A stretch of 64,000 bases of DNA from Candidatus Sulfomarinibacteraceae bacterium (GTDB lineage: Bacteria; Acidobacteriota; Thermoanaerobaculia; Thermoanaerobaculales; Sulfomarinibacteraceae): NCBI GenBank assembly GCA_963796455.1, contig CAWCLO010000001.1, positions 704,001 through 768,000 on the forward strand. Direction: 5' to 3'. The notes below the pieces were generated by a model, which worked only from the letters and a program-made list of their open reading frames with translations, had not been told where the DNA came from and searched no databases. Position numbers and translations under genes: made by a program. Positions 32,029 through 40,452 of this stretch are shown here, in pieces (the stretch's first letter is position 1; each line of letters starts with the position of its first letter).

Positions 32029-32817
32029 ATGACTGAAGGAACGTGGCTCGATGAAGCGAAAAAGAACTCTGGATTGCTGATTTTTCTCGGTGTCCTGACG
32101 GTGATCCTGGGGGTGCTCGCCATCGGCACGCCGTTCATTGCCGGCGTCGCCGTCTCGGTCTGGGTCGGCATTCTGGTCGGGGCGGCCGGAGTGTTGCGGA
32201 TCGTCCACGCCGTCAAATCCGGTCAGTGGGGCGTCGGCATCTGGGGAACCATCGTCGGTGTTTTGATGGTCTTTGCCGGAATCATCCTCTTTGCGCGCCC
32301 GGCAGTCGGTGTGATGAGCCTGACGATTTTGCTCGCCATCTATCTCGTGGTCGAAGGTCTCTCGGAGATCTTTGTCGCATTCAAAATGAAGCCCGACCGC
32401 GGTTGGGGCTGGATGCTCTTTGGTGGTTTCATCGCCTTCATTCTCGGCGTCATGATCTGGCGTCAATTCCCGATGTCAGGCGCATGGGCCATCGGCACGC
32501 TCTTCGGCATTCACGTCATGATCACCGGGTGGGAGATGATCATCATCGGCGGTGGCGCGCGATCGATCGCTGGAACGATCGAGGACGCGGTCGAAGACAG
32601 CGTCGACTATGCCGATGGAGCGGTTGACAGGGCGGGCGACATGGCGGGGGACGCCGTGGACAAGGTGAAGGACCTCGCCGATGACGCGGTTGAAGTTGCC
32701 GGTGACGCGGTCGATAAGGCGAAGGACTTTGCCGGAGATGTGGTCGACAAGGCCGAGGACGTTGTCGAAGGAGCCGTCGACAAAGCCAAGGACGCATTCG
32801 ACGGCGACAAGAAATAG
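32029..32817 (+). CDS. HdeD/DUF308 membrane protein with an acidic 11-residue-repeat tail
   Basis: Six TM helices with HdeD-like motifs; AGDAVDKAKDF-type repeats. Confidence 0.85.
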   Translation: MTEGTWLDEAKKNSGLLIFLGVLTVILGVLAIGTPFIAGVAVSVWVGILVGAAGVLRIVHAVKSGQWGVGIWGTIVGVLMVFAGIILFARPAVGVMSLTILLAIYLVVEGLSEIFVAFKMKPDRGWGWMLFGGFIAFILGVMIWRQFPMSGAWAIGTLFGIHVMITGWEMIIIGGGARSIAGTIEDAVEDSVDYADGAVDRAGDMAGDAVDKVKDLADDAVEVAGDAVDKAKDFAGDVVDKAEDVVEGAVDKAKDAFDGDKK

Positions 32818-32830
32818 CCGAGACCGCGCT

Positions 32831-32900
32831 GTGCTGCGGGCGTCCCGCCCGCGCACCTGATCCGCCTTGTGGTGCGGCCGAGACGGCCGCGCCACAAAGG
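32831..32900. repeat. Stand-alone REP doublet (REPIN-like)
   Basis: GTGCTGCGGGCGTCCCGCCCGC ... GTGCGGCCGAGACGGCCGCGCCACAAAGG; same family as the cores of copies A, B, D and E. Confidence 0.8.
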
Positions 32901-33037
32901 CGCACAGAGATGTAACAGCGACAATTGAACCCGTCGATGGCGTGTGGAAGATCTCCTCTCTCGAGCTGATCGAGGAGCAGAGGCTCTCAGCACTTCAACG
33001 ATTTAACCCGAATCTCAATCGAGTACAATGCAGAAAC

Positions 33038-34165
33038 GTGGCAAAGATCCTATCGATTCAGGTCACCGTGGTGATCGTATCGCTCGTCCTGGCGACCCCT
33101 GTGGCAGCGCAACAGAACGCTCTTTTCGAGGACGAGGTGGAGCTTCTCGAGGAGCTGGACGACGAGAATAAGAACGAGTTGGTTGTCGCACCGATTCCGG
33201 TCATCAACCCCACCATTGGAGCTGGACTGGCGGTGGCGGCCATCTACTTCTACCAGCTCGACGAAGGCTCACAACCCTCCTTCACCGCTGTCGGCGGCGT
33301 CTTCACCGATTCGAAAAGCTGGGGATACGGTGTTGTGCAGACGGCCTATTTCAAAGACGACGCCTGGAAGCTCACAGCCGGCGCCGGCACCTTCGATCTC
33401 AACCTGCGTTTCTACGGTGTCGGCAGGCTCGGTGGCGATCGAGGCCTCTCGATCCCGCTCAACCAGGACGGTTGGGGGGCCGGCATCCGCGGCCTGCGCC
33501 GGATCAAGGGCCACTGGTACGGTGGTCTGCAATATTACTTCGCCCGAGTGACCTCCACCTTCGACCGTTCCGGTATTGACGGTCCGATCGATTTACCGCC
33601 GTTAATCGAACTCGACAGCCAGATCGCGGGGCTCGGTCTGATGGTCGAGTACGACAGCCGCGACAACCGCTTCAACTCCACCGAGGGGTCATTGTTCGAT
33701 GTGACGTGGAGCAACTCGAACGAAAGTTTCGGCAGCGATTTCGATTTCTCCTCGACCAAGATCGAGTACAACATCTATCGCAAGATTGCAGAACAAAAGG
33801 TCATCGCCGGGCGTGCGACCACCTGTGCCACGCCCGGAGATGCCCCGTTTTACGCCCTGTGCAAATTCGGGCAGGGCGTGGATCTGCGCGGCTATGTGGG
33901 CGGTCGTTTCCGTGACGAACGCATGGCAACGGTCCAGGCCGAGTTCCGTTGGCGGTTTTACAAACGATGGGGTCTGGTGGCGTTTGCTGGGTTCGGCGAG
34001 GTGGGCGAGTCGTGGAGCGATTTCAACTTCGACGACGTCCTCCCCAGCGCCGGTGTCGGGCTGCGTTTCAAGATCTCCAAGACGACCGGCCTCAACCTCA
34101 GCGTCGACTATGCCGTCGGCAAGGACTCGGATGCCTGGTACTTTTATGTCGGGGAGTCATTCTAG
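33038..34165 (+). CDS. Omp85/BamA-TamA-family outer-membrane beta-barrel (no POTRA domain)
   Basis: YDSRDNRF, LRGY..GRFRD, GVGLRF and terminal VGESF motifs. Confidence 0.85.
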   Translation: MAKILSIQVTVVIVSLVLATPVAAQQNALFEDEVELLEELDDENKNELVVAPIPVINPTIGAGLAVAAIYFYQLDEGSQPSFTAVGGVFTDSKSWGYGVVQTAYFKDDAWKLTAGAGTFDLNLRFYGVGRLGGDRGLSIPLNQDGWGAGIRGLRRIKGHWYGGLQYYFARVTSTFDRSGIDGPIDLPPLIELDSQIAGLGLMVEYDSRDNRFNSTEGSLFDVTWSNSNESFGSDFDFSSTKIEYNIYRKIAEQKVIAGRATTCATPGDAPFYALCKFGQGVDLRGYVGGRFRDERMATVQAEFRWRFYKRWGLVAFAGFGEVGESWSDFNFDDVLPSAGVGLRFKISKTTGLNLSVDYAVGKDSDAWYFYVGESF

Positions 34166-34197
34166 GGCTTGAGGCGTGAGGCCCGGGGCGTGAGACT
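34163..34197. repeat. Degenerate heptamer array (TGAGGCG-type x5)
   Basis: TAGGGCT TGAGGCG TGAGGCC CGGGGCG TGAGACT. Confidence 0.65.
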
Positions 34198-34241
34198 ATG
34201 GATTTTCGGTCTCGTCTGGCTTCCGCTAGAATCCTCCCACT

Positions 34242-35918
34242 ATGAACAACCGAATCATCTTCTGCGTTGTCGTTGTCGCTGTCATCTTCACACTCTCACC
34301 CCAGATCCTTTGGGCTCAGACCACTGATCGCGACGCCCTCCGCCAACGCGTCGAATGGCTGAAGTCAACCCCGAACGCCACCATCGACGGCGCTCCGATC
34401 GCTGCAAGATCACTGATCCCGGCGCTCTACGAACGCCGTGGGTATGAGCCCGCCTGGACCCCGGAGATGGTGAAACAGCTCTTCGAGCAGGTTCTTCGTT
34501 CGGTGGAGCACGGTCTCAACCCCGATGACTACCACGCTGCACTTCTCGGTGCGCGCCTCGATCCGGGTTCGCGCGCCAGCGACCCGATCTTTCGAGCCGA
34601 TACCGAAATCCTCTGCACCGAGGCCCTGGCCCGTCTCGCTGTCACACTCAAGTTTGGAAAACTGAACCCGGCGGACCTCGACTCGGCGTGGAATTTCAGT
34701 CGCAAAATCGAAAACAGGGACCCGGTGCAGGTCTTGAACGACGCCCTCGAGAGCGGGAATATCGCCGCGGCCCTCGACAACCAGGCCCCGGATCTCAGAG
34801 CCTACAATCTGCTTCGCAACTCTCTGATCCGATATCGCGGCATCCTGGCCCAGGGTGGTTGGCCGGCGGTTCCCGCCGGACCGGTTCTCAAACCGGAGAT
34901 GACAAGCCCCCGGGTGGCAACCCTGCGCCAACGGCTCCTGATTTCAGGTGATCTCGAGGCATCCGGATCCGGCGACCCGGCGGCCTTCACGGAGGTTTTC
35001 GACGAAAGGCTGGAAGCGGCGGTCAAACGGTTCCAGATCCGCCACGGCCTCGATGCCGACGGCAAGGTCGGCCCGCGGAGCATTGAAGAACTCAACGTCC
35101 CGGTGGAGACCCGAATCGGCCAGATCAGGGCCACTCTCGAGCGGGTACGGTGGGTCTTTCGCGACGTTCCGGAGGATTTTCTGATCGCCGACATCGCCGG
35201 TTTTGAACTCTTTCTCTATCGGCAGAAAGAGATTGTCTGGAGGACCCGTATCCAGGTCGGCAAGCCCTACCACGCGACCCCGGTGTTCAAGGACATGGTT
35301 CAGTACCTGGATTTCAACCCGACCTGGACTATTCCGCCGGGGATTCTCCGCAAGGAAACCCTTCCCGCGATTCGGCGTGACCCGAACTATCTCAGCCGTA
35401 ACAACATGAGCGTGGTCACGATGTCGGGCACGATCGTCGATCCGGCGACCATCGATTGGGCCGCCACCGCCAACAAAGGATTTCCCTACATGATCCGCCA
35501 GGAGCCGGGGCCCCACAATGCCCTCGGCCGGGTCAAGTTCATGTTCCCCAACCAGTACATGGTCTATCTCCATGACACGCCGAGCAAAGGGCTGTTCGCA
35601 CGAGCAGAGAGAGCCTTCAGCCACGGATGCATCCGGACCCAGAACCCCTTCGATCTGGCCGAACTTCTGCTCGCCGACCAGGGTTGGGATCGCGCCCGGA
35701 TCGACAAGGTGGTGGCCTCGAAAAAGAACACCAGGGTCAATCTCGAGAACCCGATACCAGTGATGCTGCTCTACTGGACCGCTCAGGCCGACGCCGAAGG
35801 AACCGTCTTTTTCCGCAAGGACGTCTACAACCGGGATGCCCCGATTGTCGAGGGACTCGATGAGCCTTTTCTGGTCAGCCTCCCGGCAGGGCTCGAGGAA
35901 GCGATCGAGGGGCGTTGA
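34242..35918 (+). CDS. L,D-transpeptidase, YcbB/LdtD-like
   Basis: PG-binding AVKRFQIRHGL; NALGRVKFMFPN, YLHDTP and SHGCIR motifs. Confidence 0.93.
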   Translation: MNNRIIFCVVVVAVIFTLSPQILWAQTTDRDALRQRVEWLKSTPNATIDGAPIAARSLIPALYERRGYEPAWTPEMVKQLFEQVLRSVEHGLNPDDYHAALLGARLDPGSRASDPIFRADTEILCTEALARLAVTLKFGKLNPADLDSAWNFSRKIENRDPVQVLNDALESGNIAAALDNQAPDLRAYNLLRNSLIRYRGILAQGGWPAVPAGPVLKPEMTSPRVATLRQRLLISGDLEASGSGDPAAFTEVFDERLEAAVKRFQIRHGLDADGKVGPRSIEELNVPVETRIGQIRATLERVRWVFRDVPEDFLIADIAGFELFLYRQKEIVWRTRIQVGKPYHATPVFKDMVQYLDFNPTWTIPPGILRKETLPAIRRDPNYLSRNNMSVVTMSGTIVDPATIDWAATANKGFPYMIRQEPGPHNALGRVKFMFPNQYMVYLHDTPSKGLFARAERAFSHGCIRTQNPFDLAELLLADQGWDRARIDKVVASKKNTRVNLENPIPVMLLYWTAQADAEGTVFFRKDVYNRDAPIVEGLDEPFLVSLPAGLEEAIEGR

Positions 35919-35919
35919 A

Positions 35920-36576
35920 TCACTCCTCGTCGAGGAACTCGGATTCCTCGAGCCACTCGTCGTGCGGATAATAGATCCACAAAACCGAACCACCCTTGAT
36001 GGCGTCGATCAGCTGTTTTGAAATCCCCGGTCGAACCGCCGGACAGCCCCAGCTACGGCCAACCAGGCGGTCGTCGGCGCGGTCGCGGGTCACGTACTCC
36101 GCTCCGTGCATCACGATCAGCCGCTCGCGGGCGTTGTCGTTGACGCCTTCTTCCAGGCCGTCAAGCTTGAGTGAGTATCCGTGGCGGCCAAAATAGGTCT
36201 CGGCGCTGATGAAGAGCCCGAGGCTCGATTTGAGCGTGCCCTGATCGTTTGAGAAGCTGAGCGCCTCCTCCATCGAACCGCCCGACCCGCGAGGCCGGCC
36301 CATACCGTGGGCCACCCACTCCTGGTAGAGCAATTGTCCGCTCTCCATATCGATCACCCACAGCCGTTGCTGAAAGGAGGACTGCTCGTAGTCGATGATC
36401 GTCAGCACCGGCCGACGCACATGCCCTTCGGCATCGGCCTGAGCATAGGCCTCGAGCGCCAGTTCCAGCACCAAGGGCCGCAGATTGATCGTCTGCTCGA
36501 GGATGGTCTCCGGCTCGACGGCGGCAGCAAAACCGCATGCAAACAGAATCATGACGATGGGAGCGACGATCTTCAC
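35920..36576 (-). CDS. Murein L,D-transpeptidase catalytic-domain protein (YkuD_2)
   Basis: VAHG, SSLG, NDNARERLIVMHGA and GRSWGCPA motifs; GTG start is inferred. Confidence 0.9.
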   Translation of the reverse strand: MKIVAPIVMILFACGFAAAVEPETILEQTINLRPLVLELALEAYAQADAEGHVRRPVLTIIDYEQSSFQQRLWVIDMESGQLLYQEWVAHGMGRPRGSGGSMEEALSFSNDQGTLKSSLGLFISAETYFGRHGYSLKLDGLEEGVNDNARERLIVMHGAEYVTRDRADDRLVGRSWGCPAVRPGISKQLIDAIKGGSVLWIYYPHDEWLEESEFLDEE

Positions 36577-36585
36577 AGGAGAATT

Positions 36586-36610
36586 GTAGGCGGGCCCTTC
36601 AGGGTCCGCC
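36586..36610 (+). repeat. GTAG-type REP at the 3' end of the RAYT gene
   Basis: GTAG-GCGGGCCC-TTCA-GGGTCCGCC; contains the RAYT stop codon. Confidence 0.85.
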
Positions 36611-37123
36611 ACCGAGAAGCTCACGCCAGAGAATATCTTCCGGCGAAGCGAAGGTGAAGAAATCAGGTCCGACCTCACCGACCAGAGGTGCGCCAAGCCA
36701 CTCAAAATCCCACCAGTCCTCAACCAATCCCGCCCGGACCGGATTGAGCAGAATATATTTCAGAGTCGCGTGGAGTCCGTCCTCCTTCCGAACAATATGA
36801 TCCCAATAGCCGGAATGCCACACATCGAGGCCAGGTGTCATCAATCGAACGCGACGTGAGGTACGACCCTTGAATCTGTTCATGATCGTGCTGAGTGGGC
36901 GACCCGCGTTGCACAACAAAAGGTGGATGTGGTCCGGCATCATGCAAAATCCCAAAACCGGATGGTCGCCGTGCAGCTTCAGGATTTCGTCACGGGCGGT
37001 TTCGGCGTGCTCCCGGTTCGCCAACCACCGTCCTCGCTTCGCCGTACAAACGGTCACCGAAACGACGTGGTATTGGCCGTCGAATACTTCATCCGGCAGG
37101 TGGTGTTTCTTTCGCCGTTGCAC
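36599..37123 (-). mobile_element. REP-associated tyrosine transposase (RAYT, HUH/Y1 family)
   Basis: VTVCT, MPDHIHLL (HUH), W..GYWDH..R and YILLNPVRAGL motifs; flanked by REPs. Confidence 0.92.
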
Positions 37124-37166
37124 GGGGAGATCGTACCCTCTTCGAATCCAAAGAAGCACGGATCGA

Positions 37167-37244
37167 CCCGTGGGCGGGCCCTAAAGGACCCGCTTACACA
37201 GGATTTGACGTTTGTACGCGGGTCCTTTAGGGCCCGCCCACGGG
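37167..37244. repeat. Back-to-back REP pair forming a perfect 27-bp inverted repeat
   Basis: CCCGTGGGCGGGCCCTAAAGGACCCGC (37167-37193) and its reverse complement (37218-37244), with GTAA/GTAC tags. Confidence 0.92.
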
Positions 37245-37302
37245 AGTTTCGCACCCCGGCGTTTTGATCGCGACACTATTTTTCAGCATCGTGCCCGGGG
37301 CA

Positions 37303-37678
37303 TCAGCCGCGACTTGTGAGAAGTCGCCATGCGGCGAGGGCCCAGCCGACAATGAGGGCGACGCCGCCGAATGGGGTGATCGCGCCGAGCCACGACGTAT
37401 CGGTGAGAACCAGAAGATAGAGGCTCCCCGAGAAGATCACGGTACCGGCAATCAAGAAAACGGCGGCCGGCGTCAACCATCGCTCGGGCCAGCGGCCGAT
37501 CGCCCACGCCAGAGCCAGCAAGCCGAGGGCGTGATACATCTGGTAACGCACCCCGGTTTCGAAAACGGCCAACCGCTCCGATACTGACGGCGGCCTTCAA
37601 GCTGTGTGCTCCAAAGGCGCCCAAAGCAACTGCCAGTGCGGCGAAAATCGACCCGACTGCAAATATCCTACGTTCCAT
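37303..37678 (-). pseudogene. DUF423 (YgdD-like) membrane protein, frameshift near 37583
   Basis: ALGAFGAH in one frame; FETGVRYQMYHA, FSGSLY and GAITPFGG in another. Confidence 0.85.
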
Positions 37679-37812
37679 GTGTTCTCCCAACCAGCCCGAG
37701 TCTATAATCAACCATTCTCCGACCCGGGAATTTCATCTTGTTCAAGCCGTTGTATTAAACTGAAATGCTACGAATCCCCAAACAATACAAACGTACATCT
37801 AGGAGATCCTCA

Positions 37813-39360
37813 ATGCGCATCAAAACCGTCCTGATCCTAACCTTGGCCCTGGCAGCCTCCGGCATCGCTTCGGCCCAGGACCAACCCAATATCCTGGTCG
37901 TCTGGGGTGACGACATCGGTCGTTCCAACATCAGCGCCTACACCATGGGCATGATGGGCTACGAGACCCCCAATATCGATCGGATCGCCAACGAAGGCAT
38001 GATCTTCACCGACTACTACGGCGAGCAGAGCTGCACCGCCGGACGATCGTCCTTCATCACCGGTCAAAGTGTCTTCCGCACCGGTCTTTCCAAGGTCGGT
38101 CTGCCCGGCGCCGATCTCGGTCTGCGGGTCGAGGATCCGACCATCGCGGGTCTGCTCAAAGCTCAAGGCTATGCCACCGGACAGTTCGGCAAGAACCACC
38201 TCGGCGACAAGGACGAGTTCCTGCCCACCAACCACGGTTTTGACGAGTTCCTCGGCAACCTCTACCACCTCAACGCCGAGGAGGAGCCCGAGAACGAGGA
38301 CTATCCCGGCGACATGGTGCTCGCAGACGGTTCCACCTTCCAACAGAAATTCGGTCCGCGAGGAGTGATCCACAGCTTTGCCGACGGCCGCATCGAGGAC
38401 ACCGGCCCGCTGACCAAGAAACGCATGGAGACCATCGACGACGAGACGGTGGCCGCCGCGATCGATTTCATCGAGCGTCAGAACAAGGCAGGCAAACCGT
38501 GGTTTGTCTGGTGGAGCGGCACCCGGATGCATTTCCGCACCCACGTCAAGGAAGAGCTCCGCGGCATCTCCGGTCAAGATGAGTACTCCGACGGAATGGT
38601 CGAACATGATATGCACATCGGCGAGTTCCTCAAGGCGTTGGATGAACTGGGTATCGCCGACAATACCGTCGTCTTCTATTCCACCGACAACGGCCCCCAC
38701 TACAACACCTGGCCCGATGCCGCCTCGACTCCCTTCCGTGGTGAAAAGAACACCAACTGGGAAGGTGGTTGGCGGGTACCGGCGATGATCCGTTGGCCTG
38801 GAAAGATCAAAGCCGGAAGCCATACCAACGAGATCGTCCACCACATGGATTGGCTGCCGACGTTTGTCGCAATGGCCGGTGACACCAACATCAAGGCCAA
38901 CCTCGAAAAGGGCGGGGTCCAGGCGATCGGACGCACGTACAACGTGCATCTCGACGGTTACGACATCACGCCGTTGCTGACAGGCAAGGCCGAGAAGAGC
39001 CCCCGCCACGAGATTTTCTACTTCTCCGACGACGGCGACCTGACCGCTCTGCGCTACGACGACTGGAAGCTGATCTTTATGGAGCAGAAGACCCAGGGTG
39101 GTTTCCGTGTCTGGATGGAGCCCTTCGTTCCGCTGCGGGTACCATTGATCTTCAACCTGCGCCGCGATCCCTACGAGCGCGCCGAGATCACCTCCAACAC
39201 CTACTACGATTGGCTGCTCGACCGAGCGTATCTGCTGGTACCGGCCCAGACCTATGTCGGGAACTTCCTGGCGACATTCAAAAAATTCCCGCCGCGCCAG
39301 AAGGCTGCCAGTTTCTCCCTCGACCAGGTGATGGAGAAGCTCAACCCGGCGTCTCACTGA
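37813..39360 (+). CDS. Arylsulfatase (Cys-type, formylglycine-dependent)
   Basis: PNILVVWGDDIG, SCTAGR, GKNHLG and STDNG motifs; signal peptide. Confidence 0.95.
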   Translation: MRIKTVLILTLALAASGIASAQDQPNILVVWGDDIGRSNISAYTMGMMGYETPNIDRIANEGMIFTDYYGEQSCTAGRSSFITGQSVFRTGLSKVGLPGADLGLRVEDPTIAGLLKAQGYATGQFGKNHLGDKDEFLPTNHGFDEFLGNLYHLNAEEEPENEDYPGDMVLADGSTFQQKFGPRGVIHSFADGRIEDTGPLTKKRMETIDDETVAAAIDFIERQNKAGKPWFVWWSGTRMHFRTHVKEELRGISGQDEYSDGMVEHDMHIGEFLKALDELGIADNTVVFYSTDNGPHYNTWPDAASTPFRGEKNTNWEGGWRVPAMIRWPGKIKAGSHTNEIVHHMDWLPTFVAMAGDTNIKANLEKGGVQAIGRTYNVHLDGYDITPLLTGKAEKSPRHEIFYFSDDGDLTALRYDDWKLIFMEQKTQGGFRVWMEPFVPLRVPLIFNLRRDPYERAEITSNTYYDWLLDRAYLLVPAQTYVGNFLATFKKFPPRQKAASFSLDQVMEKLNPASH

Positions 39361-39380
39361 CCCGACAACCGATCTCTAAC

Positions 39381-39406
39381 GGCGGGCCTGCGGGCCCGCC
39401 TTTTTT
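39381..39406 (+). terminator. Intrinsic terminator-like hairpin
   Basis: GGCGGGCC-TGCG-GGCCCGCC-TTTTTT. Confidence 0.8.
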
Positions 39407-39420
39407 CAAAAGGAACTGAC

Positions 39421-40425
39421 ATGAAGATCACGCGCACGATCCTCGCCGTTCTCACGCTGTCCATTCTTGCGTCCTGCAGCCAACCCACCGAACACGCTCA
39501 GACAACCGCGGCGGTCGATCCTCTGCCCTCCTGGAACGAGGGAGAATCCAAGCAATCGATCCTCGATTTCGTCGACCGGGTCACCGATCCGGCAAGCCCC
39601 GATTTCGTGCCCAGAGCTGAACGCATCGCCACCTTCGATAACGACGGCAATCTGTGGGCCGAAAAACCACTCTATTTCCAGCTCATCTTTGCAATGGATC
39701 GGGTCAAGGCCATGGCGCCGGAACATCCCGAGTGGGCGAGAACACAGCCGTTCCAGGCGGTGCTCGAGGACGACCACGAGGCACTCGTCGCGAGCGGTGA
39801 GCACGGACTCATCGAACTGGTCATGGCGACCCATACCGGGATGACCACCGACGAGTTCGAGACCGTCGTCACGGACTGGCTCGCCACCGCCCGTCACCCG
39901 AGCACCGGCCGGCCCTACACCGAGATGGTCTATCAGCCGATGCTCGAGGTTCTCGAGTTCTTCCGAGCCAACGGTTTCAAGACCTTTATCGTCTCCGGCG
40001 GCGGGATCGAGTTCATGCGGCCGTGGACCGAAAAGGTCTACGGCATCCCGCCTGAGCAGGTGGTGGGCTCGAGCATCAAAACGGTTTACGAGGTCCGCGA
40101 CGGCGAACCGGCCCTGGTGCGTCTCCCCGAGATGAACTTCATCGACGACAAAGCCGGCAAACCGATCGGCATCAACTCACATATCGGCCGCCGGCCCATC
40201 GCCGCCTTCGGCAACTCCGATGGCGATTTCCAGATGCTCGACTGGACAACCTCGGGTGACGGTGCCCGGCTCGGCGTTCTCATTCACCATACCGACGCCG
40301 AGCGCGAGTGGGCCTACGATCGCGAGTCTCATATCGGACGCCTGGACAGGGGTTTGGACGAAGCCGAATCCCGCGGTTGGACCGTGGTCAATATGCGGGA
40401 TGACTGGCTGACGATTTTCCCGTAG
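39421..40425 (+). CDS. HAD-family hydrolase / acid phosphatase lipoprotein
   Basis: Lipobox LASC; FDNDGNLW, IVSGG and GNSDGD motifs. Confidence 0.9.
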   Translation: MKITRTILAVLTLSILASCSQPTEHAQTTAAVDPLPSWNEGESKQSILDFVDRVTDPASPDFVPRAERIATFDNDGNLWAEKPLYFQLIFAMDRVKAMAPEHPEWARTQPFQAVLEDDHEALVASGEHGLIELVMATHTGMTTDEFETVVTDWLATARHPSTGRPYTEMVYQPMLEVLEFFRANGFKTFIVSGGGIEFMRPWTEKVYGIPPEQVVGSSIKTVYEVRDGEPALVRLPEMNFIDDKAGKPIGINSHIGRRPIAAFGNSDGDFQMLDWTTSGDGARLGVLIHHTDAEREWAYDRESHIGRLDRGLDEAESRGWTVVNMRDDWLTIFP

Positions 40426-40452
40426 GGTGACCGTCACTCGACAGGGTGGCGC

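Noticed and set aside
37837..39357. Long antisense ORFs (also 158-1417, 23164-24483, 59493-61835)
   Set aside because: They are shadow frames of well-supported genes, as expected in GC-rich DNA.
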